Source of the DNA: Chrysomallon squamiferum
Taxonomy: Eukaryota; Animalia; Mollusca
Assembly: GCA_012295275.1 (NCBI GenBank)
Contig: CM022679.1
Coordinates: 29,140,001 to 29,204,000 of the forward strand
Direction of reading: 5' to 3'
DNA: 64,000 nucleotides
The position numbers were made by a program, and so were the translations under genes. This document shows positions 39,678-53,901 of the stretch, piece after piece; the stretch's first letter is position 1, and every line of letters begins with the position of its first letter. The notes under the pieces were generated by a model. The model did no database searches. It was not told the origin of the DNA and saw only the letters and a program-made list of their open reading frames with translations.

Positions 39678-42600
39678 ATACCATAAATGATAACGGTAAA
39701 TATTCACGGTTATGGTGATAACTTTATATTGATAACTGTAAATATTTATCTGATGTTGACAAATGTAAATATTCACAGTTACGATGTGATGAATAACGTT
39801 CTTTCTTTCAATTTCTTTCATCCATCTACTCTCTGTTTTAAATGTTTATTTGCTTTTTCTTTCTTTCTTTTATAAGCAGTTAAAATTCTTTCTTTCTATT
39901 TTTTTAATACGTTTTTCTCATTCACTTATCCATTCGTTTAATCATTTATTCCTCAATGTGGGCTTCTACGGATTTTAAAATTTTTATATTCTGATACAAT
40001 TATGTGTCTTTTCAAAAACGTGTTCATTCATCCGTGCGTCCGTTTGTACATTCATCCGTCCAACCAACCCCTCCCCCTTTCTTTCGTCAATTCATTCATC
40101 CACGTAACAACCGAAATATCTCTCTTCTTTCCATCCCTTTTTTTTTTTTTTTTTCTTGTGGTATTAATTATCTCGTAATGAAATTTAAATTACGTCGACT
40201 CAGAAAACGACATTGTTTACGAACTTGTCACCGTCACAATTAGCTTTGTTAGCAGGCGGCAAAACTGAATTAATGAAGCTAATTTCACAAACTGAAATAC
40301 AACAGATCTAATTTGTAAACCTTTTTTTTGTACGACTTGTGTGCTGCCCACATGTGAAAATGCATTCTTTTGCAGGTCATTTTTTTTTTATTATTGTTTA
40401 CAAATTGTTTACAAATCGGGAGAAACTGTCAGATACGCCCTAGATATGCCTTGATTATTTTTAAATAATAATAATAATAATTTTAAAAAATCTTGTCTAG
40501 ACGGGGGGGGAAGAGAGAGAGAGAGAGAGATGAAAACAGAATGAATGAAAGAAAAGCAGAAAAGAAAAAATACATAATAAATAGAAAAATATAAACAGAA
40601 AAAAGAAAATGAAGGCGAAATCGTTTGGAAGAATGTATCAAAAAAGAGAAAAAAGAAAAGAAGAAGAAGAAAAAAGAAAATAGGTAACAACTCCAATACA
40701 CAGTCTATTTTCATTCGGTAATTTCCGTGACTCACACGTTAGCCTTGACCTCAGAAATTCTCTGACGTCATCTTTTGTTGACATTCTTGTGAATTACTTT
40801 TATTGCGAGGTGAAAAGTCTTAATGATTCCATGATTTAGGCATTAACAGACTGGCAAGCGTTGTTTGGAGAAACAACACTTTGCCCAAAATAAATCGTTG
40901 ATTGAAAAAATATGCATAAATAAACGTTGAAGGGCACAGTGAAGCAAACGCTGCAGTATAATAGAAAAAAACAAAAAGAGTCAAGAAAAGAAAATTAGGT
41001 ACAAAATACCTCCAAAAATAAAGACTTGATCGGAAAAAAGAAAAAAAAAAAAAAAAAAAAAGAAAAGAAAGAAAATAAGAAAATAAAAGAAACAGAAACA
41101 AAATAAGGAAAAAAATTGAAAACTAAATAAAGAGGAAAAGCTGTTAGGTGCAAGTGTTCTAAAAATTCGAAATTCGAAACCAAAAGATACAAATTGTGTG
41201 TGTGTTTATGTGTGTGTGTGTGTGTGTGTTAATTTGTGTGTGTGTGTGTGTGTGTGTGTGTTTTTAATTTTCTCCAGCTGTATATTTATTACGAATTAAT
41301 GTTTAACATTATTATGCAACTCAGTTGGTAACCAAACAATAATTACGTCACTTGTCAACAGATTACATCAGTACAGAACAACTGACGTCATAGCAGAACA
41401 ATTCTAGTCGCGACAGGAAGATTACATCACAGTTTTACAATTTACGTTTCAAAACAACGAAAACAAATCTCATTAATCGGCATATTATCAAAGCAAGGGT
41501 TATTAAAAGTCATTCCGGTTTTTTTTTTTTGCACCTTTATCATTTTCCAAGAGAACATAAAGTTCATAGTGATATAGATTATTAAATACACTAAGGGCAA
41601 GAACATATAGGGTTTTTAAAAAAAAAAAAAAAAAAATAAGAATTAATGGAAAGAAAGTTAATCAAAGAATCGCTTGTTTCGGAAAGTCTTTTTCTCAGAG
41701 AAGTCAACCATGTTGTTATAAACTACATAACGCCAACACTAGGTCTCTGTTTGCTGTTAAGTAATTTGCTTCGTGTTTCTCAAAACCCGCTGGGAACTTG
41801 AAATTCAAATTTCCCAAGTTTGCATCTTTGTCGTTAATAATACAAGACAATAACCACTGTTTTATATCAAAAAAAAAAAAAAAAATAAAAAATAAAAAAT
41901 GCCTCGAGAAATAACAAAACAAAAAGAAGAAAAATTGTGTTGAATAATCTGGATCGGATTTAGATACGGCAAGAATCTGAAGCTTGATCTTTTCTGGGAA
42001 ATTTATTTAACAAATGCTGACAGATAAATCTGCTGTAAAGCAAATGACTTTGGCCATTTCAGTACGTGAGATGGCAAACGGTAGTGAGTAAATCTGCCTA
42101 GTGGTAGTAAAAGAGGACAGGTTTTGGTAACACTGGAATTTCAACATTGTGAAGTAAACTTAATTCAGACTAAATTATACCCTTCTTTAGCACGGTAGTC
42201 GGCGTTTTGTATGCCCCCAAAACGCAGATTAAAAAAAAGTAAAATTTTAAATAATATATATATATATATATATATAAAAATTATTATTATTTATTATTAA
42301 TTGTTTTATTAATAAAAAATAAAAACAACAGCTTCAATAGTAATAAATAAATGACCCTCAGCTACATTCTAGTATTCACAACCCCGATATGCCCCCCAAA
42401 AAGATAAAAAAAAATAAAATAAAATAAACTTCCATAACAGTCTTTTTTAAAATAAATCACTGTTATATTTCACAATCAGCAAAGATTTCTGCACTTTCCA
42501 AAGAGAAAGTGGACAAAATAGCTCTAGCTTTTTGTTATAATAACCCCGTAGAAACCTTACGTCAATTTTATATATATATATATAAAATTTTATATAACAA

Positions 42601-44806
42601 CATAAAATGGTAATAAGAAAGGTAGAGAGACTATCTGATTACACCGGGCTGGTAAAGATTCATGAGAAAGACAAGTAAAAAATAGTTTGGAAGAAGAAGA
42701 ATTGATTTCATATTTGCGTTCTTTTATTACCACCCGCGATGTTTTTGTCTGAAACGCAATAGTTAAGTGTCGTGTGCAGTTTATACTAAAACTGTTTTAA
42801 ACCAGAAGAGAAACACTTTTGAAAACAACTATAATAAGATAATATGAAATAAAATAAATAAATTAAAAAAATAAAAATAAAATAACAAAGACACGTGTGA
42901 ACATAACAATAGGAACTTTACTTTATTTGTTAAAACAAGGTAACAGTAATTCATTATTTTAATTAATCATTTATCAGACCTTACACTATAATTTATTTAT
43001 TTATTTATTTATTTATTTATTTTATTGTTATGTTTATTTTATTTTATTTTTGTGTTTATTTATTTTATTTTATTTTATTTTATTTTATTTTATTTTATTT
43101 TATTTTATTTTAATTTATTTTTTATTTTATTATTATTTTATTTTATTTTATTTTCATTTTATTTTATTTTATTTTATTCATTCATTCATTTTTATTTTTT
43201 AAACTATTTTTGTTTTTCATTTTACATCTATCAAAAACATTGCGACATTTATTATCTTACATAGCTATTTTTTCATTCACTGGATTTAAAAAAAAGAAAA
43301 AAAAAACGTTTTCCGACTTTAAAACATTACTTTCACTGTTACAGAAGCAAACACTTCTTTATCACGAGCTGCCGACTTCAATCTAACATTTTCTGAAATC
43401 CATCGAAACGTCACATAAAAAGGAATTAAAGGAGCACTTAAAAGACGCGCAGTATAAAATAAAATTCGTTTTATGTGAATCCTAATGCACCAAGTATATA
43501 AAACAGATTTGAAGAAATATTTAGTAGTAATATATAAACAGCTGTGAAGTTGATGAATCAAACTTAGATACTGAAAGATAATATGCATATTTGTATTTAT
43601 ATTCATGCACACTCACAAACACATACATACACACATACATACATACATACATACTACACATAAATAGCATTAAACTCACATTCCTACATACATACATACA
43701 TACTAAGACACACATGTATACATACTACACATACATATCATTAAACTCACATTCCTACATACATACATACATACTAAGACATACATACTACACATACATA
43801 TCATTAAACTCACATTCCTACATACATACATACTAATACTAAGACACACATATAAATATTCTCACATAAACAAACACTTATGTGTGTGAATGAACGACTG
43901 ACTGAATTTCCATGCTTAAGTATATTTCACATAGATCAAATGTTTGTTTTGAATACCCCTATATATTTTTAGAAAATATATATATTTTTTATTAATCTAG
44001 CCTTGCTATCGTCTTTGTTATTTAAAAAAAAAAAAAACCACACACTCAGGCGCTCTCAAATACATACACAAAGACGCACAGAAGCCATTGTACATCTACG
44101 TCTGGGTAAATCTGAGAATGCAGTAATAACAGCAATAAGAAAAACCTGTCATAAACTCATACAGTGGCATTCTTTCCCACCCACTCGCCGAAACAACTCG
44201 AGTGTGTAAAAACACTCATACAAATAACATACACGTCAGTGATACCTTTCTATTAATAACAGGTATATATATATATATATAACTAGTACAGCAACACGAC
44301 AACTACATCAATAATAATAATAACAATAATAGCAGTAATAATAATAATTATAATAATAATAATAGCAGTAGCAATTGTAGTAGTTGTTGTAATAATAATA
44401 GCAGTAGCAATTGTAGTAGTTGTTGTAATAATAATAGTAGTAATAGTAGTAGTAATACTAATAATAGTAATAATAATAGTAATAGTAATAATAGTAATAA
44501 TAATAGTAATAGTAATAGTAGTAGTAGTAGTAGTAGTAATAATAATAATAATAATAACAGTAATAATAATAACTGTAATAATAATTATAATAATAATAAT
44601 AGTGGTGATTAGTAGTAGTAGTAGTAGTCGTATTCGTAATGGTAGTTGTAGTCGTAGTAGTAATAGTAGCAGGGACATTAACGACAAAAACGGTAAAAAG
44701 GAAAAAAAAATAATGATAACAAATGAAATTCTTTTTATTAAAAATTGTTATTATTATTATTACTATTATTATTATTATTATTAATAATTTTAAATTTTTA
44801 TTATTA

Positions 44807-44856
<50 letters not shown>

Positions 44857-45594
44857 CACTACAACAACAACATAATAATGATAATAACTAATTCAACATA
44901 CCTTACAATACCAAAGAAAACATTATGCCGTTTCAGAATTTCGGTTCGGGACGTCCCATCAGTGAATGAATGTTCAGCAGTGTTTTCACGGAGGGAGAGA
45001 TCGACTGTATGAACTTTTACTACATTGCAAAAACACTTCGGATAAAAAGCAAGTTGTCTTCTCATAGCAGGTTACTTGAATTGTAGCACGTAGCTCGCGC
45101 TCCGCTCGCGCTCTCCTGCGCGCCATCTACCGGATACTTGGCGTCGGATTTGGCGTCACCGTGTTTTGGGTGTCTTCAGAATCTTTTTTTAAATTTTTGT
45201 TTTTTGTTTGTATCTTTTTTTTCTTTTTTTTTTTCTCTCTCTTTTTTTTTTTAAATACTTTTACTTATTGACATGAAATATTTAATAAATAAATAAATAA
45301 ATGAAATTTAAAAAAACACACAAAAAAACCCTCTTTCTTTTGTTACGTACCTGAATTAATTTAGAGATATATTTTTATTGATGTAGTACGGTACATTATG
45401 TAAAGTTCGGTTTCAGATTTCAAAATTTTGAAATACAGAAGAATTTTTTTTTTAAGATACCTTTATTTTTTCATCTTTTTTTTTAAAAAAAAATTCCTTT
45501 TTCATACCTGTTTACTATGCTTGTCTTTCTATTATTTTTTTTTTTTTCCAGGACTTTTTGAAATAGTAAATCAATGTTTCATATTATTTTATTA

Positions 45595-45638
<44 letters not shown>

Positions 45639-45854
45639 AAGAAGATAAATAAATAATAAAAAAAAATAATAAAAGAAAAACTGTAATAATGTGTTGATTT
45701 TAATTGTTAAATTACATATCCTGTTTGATAACAGACACAAGGAAGACAGTGACCCCGTATTAAATACACAACTAAAACACAATAGTTAATTACATAACAA
45801 AGATATCTGCTGCAAGAACCACAGAGACAAAATAATCTCATAATTGTCTGAGAC

Positions 45855-46240
45855 TAGGATAGATGCTATAACTCTTGTCAAAAATATTGTAATTAAAAGA
45901 ATAACTTTTATATTCATTACTGTGTGCAATTCGGCAAGCAGGCATGCTAAAACCCTTGTCAAAAATATTGTAATTAAAATAATATCTTATAAATTCATAA
46001 CAGAACATAATTCGACAAGGATGCACACTCTAATTTGTGTTAAAAATACTGCAGATGAAATATCTTTTAAATTCGTTATAGAGAGGAATTTGGCAAGGAC
46101 GCATGCTAGAAGCCTAGTTAAACATATTGCAATTAAAATAATGTTATAAACTTATTAAAGAATACATCAAAAGGTGTATGCATCCATAACTGATGACGTT
46201 AATAATAATGTAATTAAAACAACATGTCGTAAATTCAGTT
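45855..46240. repeat. Diverged ~80-bp tandem repeat, about 5 copies
   Basis: Recurring aagga.gcatgcta.aac.cttgtcaaaaatattgtaattaaaataat....ataaattc. Confidence 0.8.
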
Positions 46241-46852
46241 TAAAGTCTCGAATCATGTAGCATTCAGTGGTTTAGTAACACACACACATACACACACACA
46301 CACATATATAAATATATATATATATATGTATACATACATTATTTTTATTATTAAAGTATTATATATTTAACTGAGGTAAATGAAAGTAATAAATTAATGA
46401 ATAAAATGAAACAATTCAAACAAATAAAGAAACAAACAAAAAAAAAACAAATAACAGAGAAACAAACCAAAAAAACCAAACAAAGAAACCATCAAATAAA
46501 TGAACACATAAACCAATAAACAAAAAAATAATAAAATAAAATAAAAAAACAAACATTAAACAAACAAATAAACCAACAAACCAACAAAATAACAAAACAA
46601 CAAACCATCAAACAAATAAATACATGACACTATCTTTAACACTAGACGTTGAAACAATCAAGTTTTGTTATATTCCTTGACAGATCTTCATGAATTGTCA
46701 TCTTACAAACTCTCTCTTTTTCTAGAGCTAAACGTTGATGTCAGATTTTATTATTTAAAAATACGAGTGAAGAAGAAAAAAAAAGAGTAAGAAAAACAAA
46801 CAGTAAGGAAGAAAAAAGGAAGAGTAAAACTGTATTTGTTGAAACAACATGC

Positions 46853-47497
46853 ATGTATGTACGTATTTATGTATGTATGTATGTATGTATGTATTTATGT
46901 ATGTATGTATTTATGTATGTATGTATGTATGTATTTATGTATTTATGTATGTATGTATGTGTGTATGTATTTATGTATGTATGTAATTATGTATGTATGT
47001 ATTCGTGTATGTTTGTATATGTATATGCATGTATGTTTTTATATGCATATATGTATGTATGTACATATGTGTGTATGTATGTATTTATGTATGTATGTTT
47101 GTTTGTAAGTGCATATGTGTATGCATATATGTCAGTATATACATATGTATATATACATATATACATACATACATACATACATACATACATACATAAATAT
47201 ATACATAAATACATACATACATATATAAATACATACATAAATACATACATACATAAATAAATACATACATAAATACATACATACATGCATACATACATAA
47301 ATACATACATACATACATACATACAAACGTAAATACATACATACATACATACATAAATATATACATAAATACATACATACATATATAAATACATACATAC
47401 ATAAATACATACATACATACATACACACACACATACATACATACATACATACATACATACATACATAATACATACATACACACACACATACATACAT

Positions 47498-47548
<51 letters not shown>

Positions 47549-47600
47549 TACATACATACATACATACATACACACATACATACATACATACATACATACA

Positions 47601-47634
<34 letters not shown>

Positions 47635-47648
47635 CATACACACATACA

Positions 47649-47682
<34 letters not shown>
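46853..47682. repeat. (TATG)n tract followed by a (CATA)n tract
   Basis: Direct reading; the orientation switches around 47110-47160. Confidence 0.9.
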
Positions 47683-47685
47683 CAA

Positions 47686-47840
47686 CGGTAACGTCGTCAG
47701 CCTTCGGAGTGCGGGCGAAAGGGCGCCATACGTTCGAGTCTCGTCAGCGGCATCTGACGGGTTTGTGAAGTCGTGATTGGACTTTGTCCTCCTGCGCCAG
47801 TGCGTTCAGTAATATTGTCTATGTGCAGAGTCTATTCAGA
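47686..47840 (+). mobile_element. tRNA-derived SINE head relic
   Basis: B box GTTCGAGTC at 47732-47740 in a GC-rich segment, followed by gccagtgc. There is no complete cloverleaf, and it abuts a (CATA)n tract. Confidence 0.45.
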
Positions 47841-48726
47841 CGTACATAAAACAGAGAATATTCAGTTCCTAAAATAAATAAATATATATTTGTATGTATG
47901 TATGTAAGTATGTATGTAAGTATGTATGAATGCATTCCTTTATATAAGTAAGTGTATAAAAATATGTTAATGGATCTGAAATAGAACTACCAGTATCTAT
48001 AAAAAAAAAAAAATAATAAAAAATAAAAAACATCATAAAATCTAAATGTGTTCGCATATTTCTGTCAGAAATAGGTCTGTCGCACAATAGCGAAGTCACA
48101 TAAAAAAAAAAAAAGTACTAAATAAAAATCTTTTGGCATTCAGATAGAGTGATTATGCTGCAGATGAAAGATCTCGCTTCCCGATCACGTCGTAAGTTCA
48201 TTATTCCAACGAGAGATTAAGGCTTGGTTTTCGGCTTGTGAAACGAAACGAAGCAGACGTCTGGGCTAGAGCTGGCGTCTGAAACGAGGACACGACAGAA
48301 TGCGCGCGCAGTTCGGCTACAGACGTGAACCAGAGAGTAACGTGATGTTTGGCACACGATTGTGCCGTCTGCAAAATTTTCTCTTTTTCAGTTAATATCG
48401 GTGATTATTTTTTTTTTGGGGGGAGCCGTGCTTCGCTTAAGATTTTTGTTTGCTGAAGTACGCTTGTTGTGGTCACTGTATGTATATGCCGAAATAATTT
48501 AGGGAACAATGCAAGAGTCATGTTTATTTCTTCAGTGTTCAGTACGCAGATCTGGTGTTTCTAGATGATTCTTGTTTATTTGGGGTCATATTTACTTACT
48601 TACTTACTTACTTACTTACTGACGTATATTTTTAATATCTGTGTTCCTGTCTGTCTGTCTGTCTATCTATCTGTATAATAATAATAATAAATATTATCAT
48701 CATCATCATCATCATGATCATTATTA

Positions 48727-48782
<56 letters not shown>

Positions 48783-49150
48783 GGTGTAATATGGAACGTC
48801 AGCAGTGATATTCACATTAACGAAATTAAATTACTATTACATCTAAGTGTGACAAGTAGATTATTTACATACTTAGTTAATACAAGCAATGATTACAAGT
48901 TAATAGGTCGTGCCAGGACCGATGCGCCGTTCTATAAATAACCACAAATTTATAGTCACGTGATGCAAAATGGATTACCTGAACGATAATGTCTAGACTG
49001 CTGAATAATTAAAATAATATCGCATTAACGACTTCACAGTTCATCTGACTTTGGTTTTTATTATGGTGTTTATTGATATCATTTTTCCCCTTTTTATTGT
49101 TGTCGTTGTTATTTTTAATTGTTGTTATTGTTGTTTTGTTGTTGTTGTTG

Positions 49151-49231
<81 letters not shown>

Positions 49232-49720
49232 TTTAAAATATTAATTCTTTTTCTATAAAATCTGAATGAACTCATAAAGCAGACACAAACATCTTTTCCA
49301 CACATATAGTCTGATATTTGACCTGTGTGTTCAACTACAACAACGGCAACAAGGCCACGATGTTCCGGAAACGATGTCTTTGGACATGATGTTACGTGCT
49401 CAGGGACCACGTCGCCGTCATCTGAATAAACACTCTCCGGTTATGAAAACAAAACACAAATCTCGGCAATTTTCTTTTTGCATCATCAGTGACAGCGTCT
49501 AAGGTTGGCTGGAGGGGATGCCGTGACCTTCGCTTAATCATCATCGGCTGCTTTGAAACATGAAATTGTAAAACTTGGACCCCTCTGAAAAGCAGTTCAG
49601 AAATCCATGCATTCTATCACATCTTCCACAGATAATAAATTCCTAACATGCATTGTGTTTGTGTGTGTGTATGTATGTATGTATGTATGTATGTATGTAT
49701 GTATGTATGTATGTATGTAT

Positions 49721-49809
<89 letters not shown>

Positions 49810-50447
49810 TGCTCAGCATTAAGTAACAATCAAATCAAATCAAAATTCAAAACGGTGAAGTTGATGACTAAATGAATCGCTAAAAAGGTTAAATAATAAA
49901 TGAAGCATAAATTCAATGAAAGGCTAAAGGAAAAAAAAAAATCGGAACAGAATAATATTGAATGTTAACAACAACAACAATAACAACAATAGTTAAAGAA
50001 ACAAGAAAACACCATGGAAGAAAAAATAAAAGAATTAAAAACAAGAATTAAAAAAGAAAAAGGAAAGAAAGAAAGAAAGAAAAAAATGGAACATTTTTGG
50101 CGCCACTCTCAGGCAGACAGATGCACGTGCACGTCTGTTTGGAAACCCGGATGCAGCAAGTCGTGTGCACGATACAGCCAACACGTGCTGACATTTCCGT
50201 GCACTATTTTGAGAAAGACATAACAAAACGTGGTGTAGTGCCAGTGGAATTTGTTTCTTCACGAACGCAGGAAACATTTGTCTTTTTTTTGAAAAAAAGA
50301 AAAAAAAAGAAAGAAAAAAAAAAGAATGCTGTAGATAGCAATCTTATTAATTATCATGAAATACCATTTTAACACTAATGGCTGATACTTGTTTATACGT
50401 AAAGGTGACTCAGAAGTATTTGGCAGTCGAAAGTGTTTGTATTATAA

Positions 50448-50509
<62 letters not shown>

Positions 50510-50565
50510 GAAAGAAAAAGGAAAGAACATTTCTTGTCAAATTACATGTGTGACTTTGTCTGTAG

Positions 50566-50609
<44 letters not shown>

Positions 50610-51066
50610 TTTCAGAACAAAATCAGAGCAAAAGTAAATCAAATTAATAAATAATTTTAAAATTACCTCTAACCCTATATTCCAAAACTACAAACATTTG
50701 TTAATAACTAAATGTCGTTAAATCTTGACCTTCGGTTTAACATCGTCTATTCTAGGTGATGATAAAATCTAAAATTAAAACCTTCAACAGAACTGTGACC
50801 TTTTCAAACGAGCAGCTTGGTGCACTCTGCTGAAAATAGAAAACGCTTCCTGGCTGTTTCACAATAATAGAGCAAATGTCGTCAAGCATTTATTCATATT
50901 CTGACACAATCATTTTGATTAAGATAAAATTTCTGTCTAAAATGTAACAATCTGTCATAATTTATAACCGTTTGCTGCACACATCTCATACAAATGGCCT
51001 TGTTTGGAACGAACTGTTAAGAGTGAAGCAGCTTTTTTTTTTCATTTTTTTTTTTTTCAGTTAATT

Positions 51067-51182
<116 letters not shown>

Positions 51183-51309
51183 GTCTGTCTGTATGTTTGT
51201 CTCTTAGATAAGCAGCATACGATTGCAAGACTGAAGCAGAAGTTAAAAAAGAAAATTAAGAATATTAAAAAAGGGATTGTATATATATCAGCATGTCATG
51301 ATTTGAACA

Positions 51310-51470
51310 GGCGCGTTTCATGCGTGTGGTGGTCTGGGATGTCATGGGTTGTGTGGAAGCCGATCCTTTTTAGTGAACCCTTTACACGTTTTCACGTTCC
51401 AACGAGAGGTTGTGATACTGGGCATGCTAAAGATTCACTGCTGGCAATGATAGGAAAATAACGTAGCAAG
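51310..51470 (+). mobile_element. Degenerate MetaSINE-like relic
   Basis: Fragments ggtctgggat..cgatcc..ttttcacgttccaac..gggcatgctaaagattcactgctg..ggaaaataacgtagc occur in the expected order. Weaker relics may exist near 38705-38830 and 42460-42556. Confidence 0.4.
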
Positions 51471-51634
51471 TTTCAGAAGTGTATTTAATTTATTTTTTAT
51501 TTTATTTTATTTTATTATCTTATTTTGTTTTATTTTAATTTTTATTCAATAGCCATAAAAAGAAAAGGTTACATGTCGATTTTTTTTTTTTTTTTTTTTT
51601 TTTTTAGAAAACAGTTGTTTGATATGATTTTGAA

Positions 51635-51680
<46 letters not shown>

Positions 51681-51703
51681 TCATAAAAAAAAAAAAAAAA
51701 AAA

Positions 51704-51734
<31 letters not shown>

Positions 51735-53170
51735 TCGCCGTAAGAAAGAAAGAAAGAAGTATATAGGTTTTACTCAGTGACATATATCTGCGAGTCTATT
51801 ACCTAACAGTGCAAATATGTTATATATAGGCCTGCTACTCAGTTTTCGCCATCTTGCAGACGATAACTTTCTGTCAATAAAAAGTTGTGAAAGAAAACCA
51901 AGACGAACACGAAGGTGGATGAAAACTCACATTTCTGCGATGTCGTTTCGTGCAGAGAAGTATAATCTAATTTGTACCCATCACGAAAAGGTAAAAATAA
52001 ATAATACTGTTTAAATAATAAAACATCTGAAGAAGGTAAAAACATTTACAAAAAAACACGTCGAGTGCAAGTCGTAAGAGTTCCTTCACACTTTTCTTTG
52101 TGATGCAGACGTCCAGTTTTTTTAATAAAATTTCTGATACGGTGTTTTCTAATAAGGAGCACGTGCCCATGTCTGCCAGGGTTAACACGTGATTCGGGTG
52201 ATCAAAGCTTCTCAGACTCGAGTTCATTTCAGTGCAAATGTCAGGCGACGTTTACAAAATAGTTCTGTTGGGGCGATACAAGTTCTTTCATTGACGATAT
52301 AAACCTGGCCTGTTATCGGCGCAAATTTTCCGCGGAATTATACGATCTTTGTCTTTCGTATCGTTGTCGCTATCAGTCGCCCTTCTGGGCCGAGGCGCTT
52401 GTTAACGTCACAAATATTATAATTAGTTTCCCCGCCAAATCTGCAACAGACGAATGAGATGTATTACGTTACGAAAATTACCTCGCAGATACTTTAAGTC
52501 TTTTTCAAATTAGACATTTGATATTTTCCGATAAATCAGCACAAGTAATTTGACTGCAAATTTTGGTTTTATTTATGTGTTCATTTTTCTTTTCATTCTT
52601 ATCTTTTGACTTTGACGTTAGAATTTGTTTTGGGGTTTTTTTGTTTGTTTTTTTTGCATTGTTTTGTTTAATTTTAACAACGCAGTCATTATTTATCTTT
52701 ACTTAATTAAAACTGACATTCTGAAAATTTCTTGAAAAGATAAATGTAAATTGGTATTTAAAAATAAAATTTAAAAACATTTAAAAAAAAGGGAAGAAAC
52801 ACCACTAAAATTAATAATTTAAACTACATTTAACTTGATTATTAAGTAATTTCGATTAATCGATTAACTGATTTTTGATCTAATCATTCGTGCATCGCAA
52901 ATAAAATTATCGATTATCGATTCAATCTGTGTCAGTTTGAATTTGTCATACTGGCACTAAAGACCGCACAGGAAGAAATAATTTGAGATAAAAATATTCT
53001 CAAGTTGAAAGTAAGCAAAAAAAAAAAAAAAAAACTACTTTAGATTTCCTGAGATTCTTTCATGAAATATCTTTTGTCGGTTTCAATAACGTCATTGTAA
53101 AAAGCGCCAACAGCAGCAACAAAATAAAACAAAAATAAAATGAATGAATGAATGAATGAATGAATAAAAA

Positions 53171-53220
<50 letters not shown>

Positions 53221-53766
53221 TAGTAATAATAATAATAGTAAAGCAACAATCAAGTTCTAAAAACGAAAATAACTGCAACAGATACAACAACAAATCTAAC
53301 AAATAATATAAAATAATGCCTAATACATACAATCATACATACATACATAGATAAATGAGTAAATAAAAATTATTGTAACTTAAAATGTATATATATATGT
53401 TGGATGAATACTTTTTTTGTTCAGTTATACGTTTATTAAAATATCTAGCGAAATGTTAACGTAGCAATAATTTGAAATGACGTATTTTCTAAACAACCAC
53501 ATCTGTTTTCAGTTCCAGTGCTTTTAAAGTTATTATCAAGTAATTGAAATGCTCAAGTTTATACTTTTAAACAATTAAACGACAATAATCTCTGTTTACA
53601 GTGACGTAGTGTTAGCTGTTGGTTGGGATGGGAAATGTGAAGAGCTAATAACTAAGCAGGCACGTCCTGTGCATATATTTCGTGAACTTTGATACACGGA
53701 ACGTAGTATTAGCTTTATGCTATTTTCTGCAAATGGCGGCTAATCCTCTTCTAAGGCTAACACCTT

Positions 53767-53845
53767 ATATTCTAAAATCCAAAAAAAATTCCGAAATTAG
53801 AAAACTTTCCGATCTCAGGCATTTTGGATAAAGAAATTTGAACCT

Positions 53846-53848
<3 letters not shown>
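53767..53848. mobile_element. Terminal fragment of a pogo/Tigger-family DNA transposon (Tigger4/MER46-like end)
   Basis: atattctaaaatccaaaaaaaattccgaaattagaaaactttccgatctcaggcattttggataaagaaatttgaacctg-TA ends in the CTG+TA signature of Tc1/mariner-pogo elements and follows the recalled Tigger4 terminus. The partner end was not found. Confidence 0.55.

Positions 53849-53901
<53 letters not shown>

Noticed and set aside
47686-47760. tRNA gene
   Set aside because: A B box is present, but there is no acceptor stem or cloverleaf; treated as a SINE relic.
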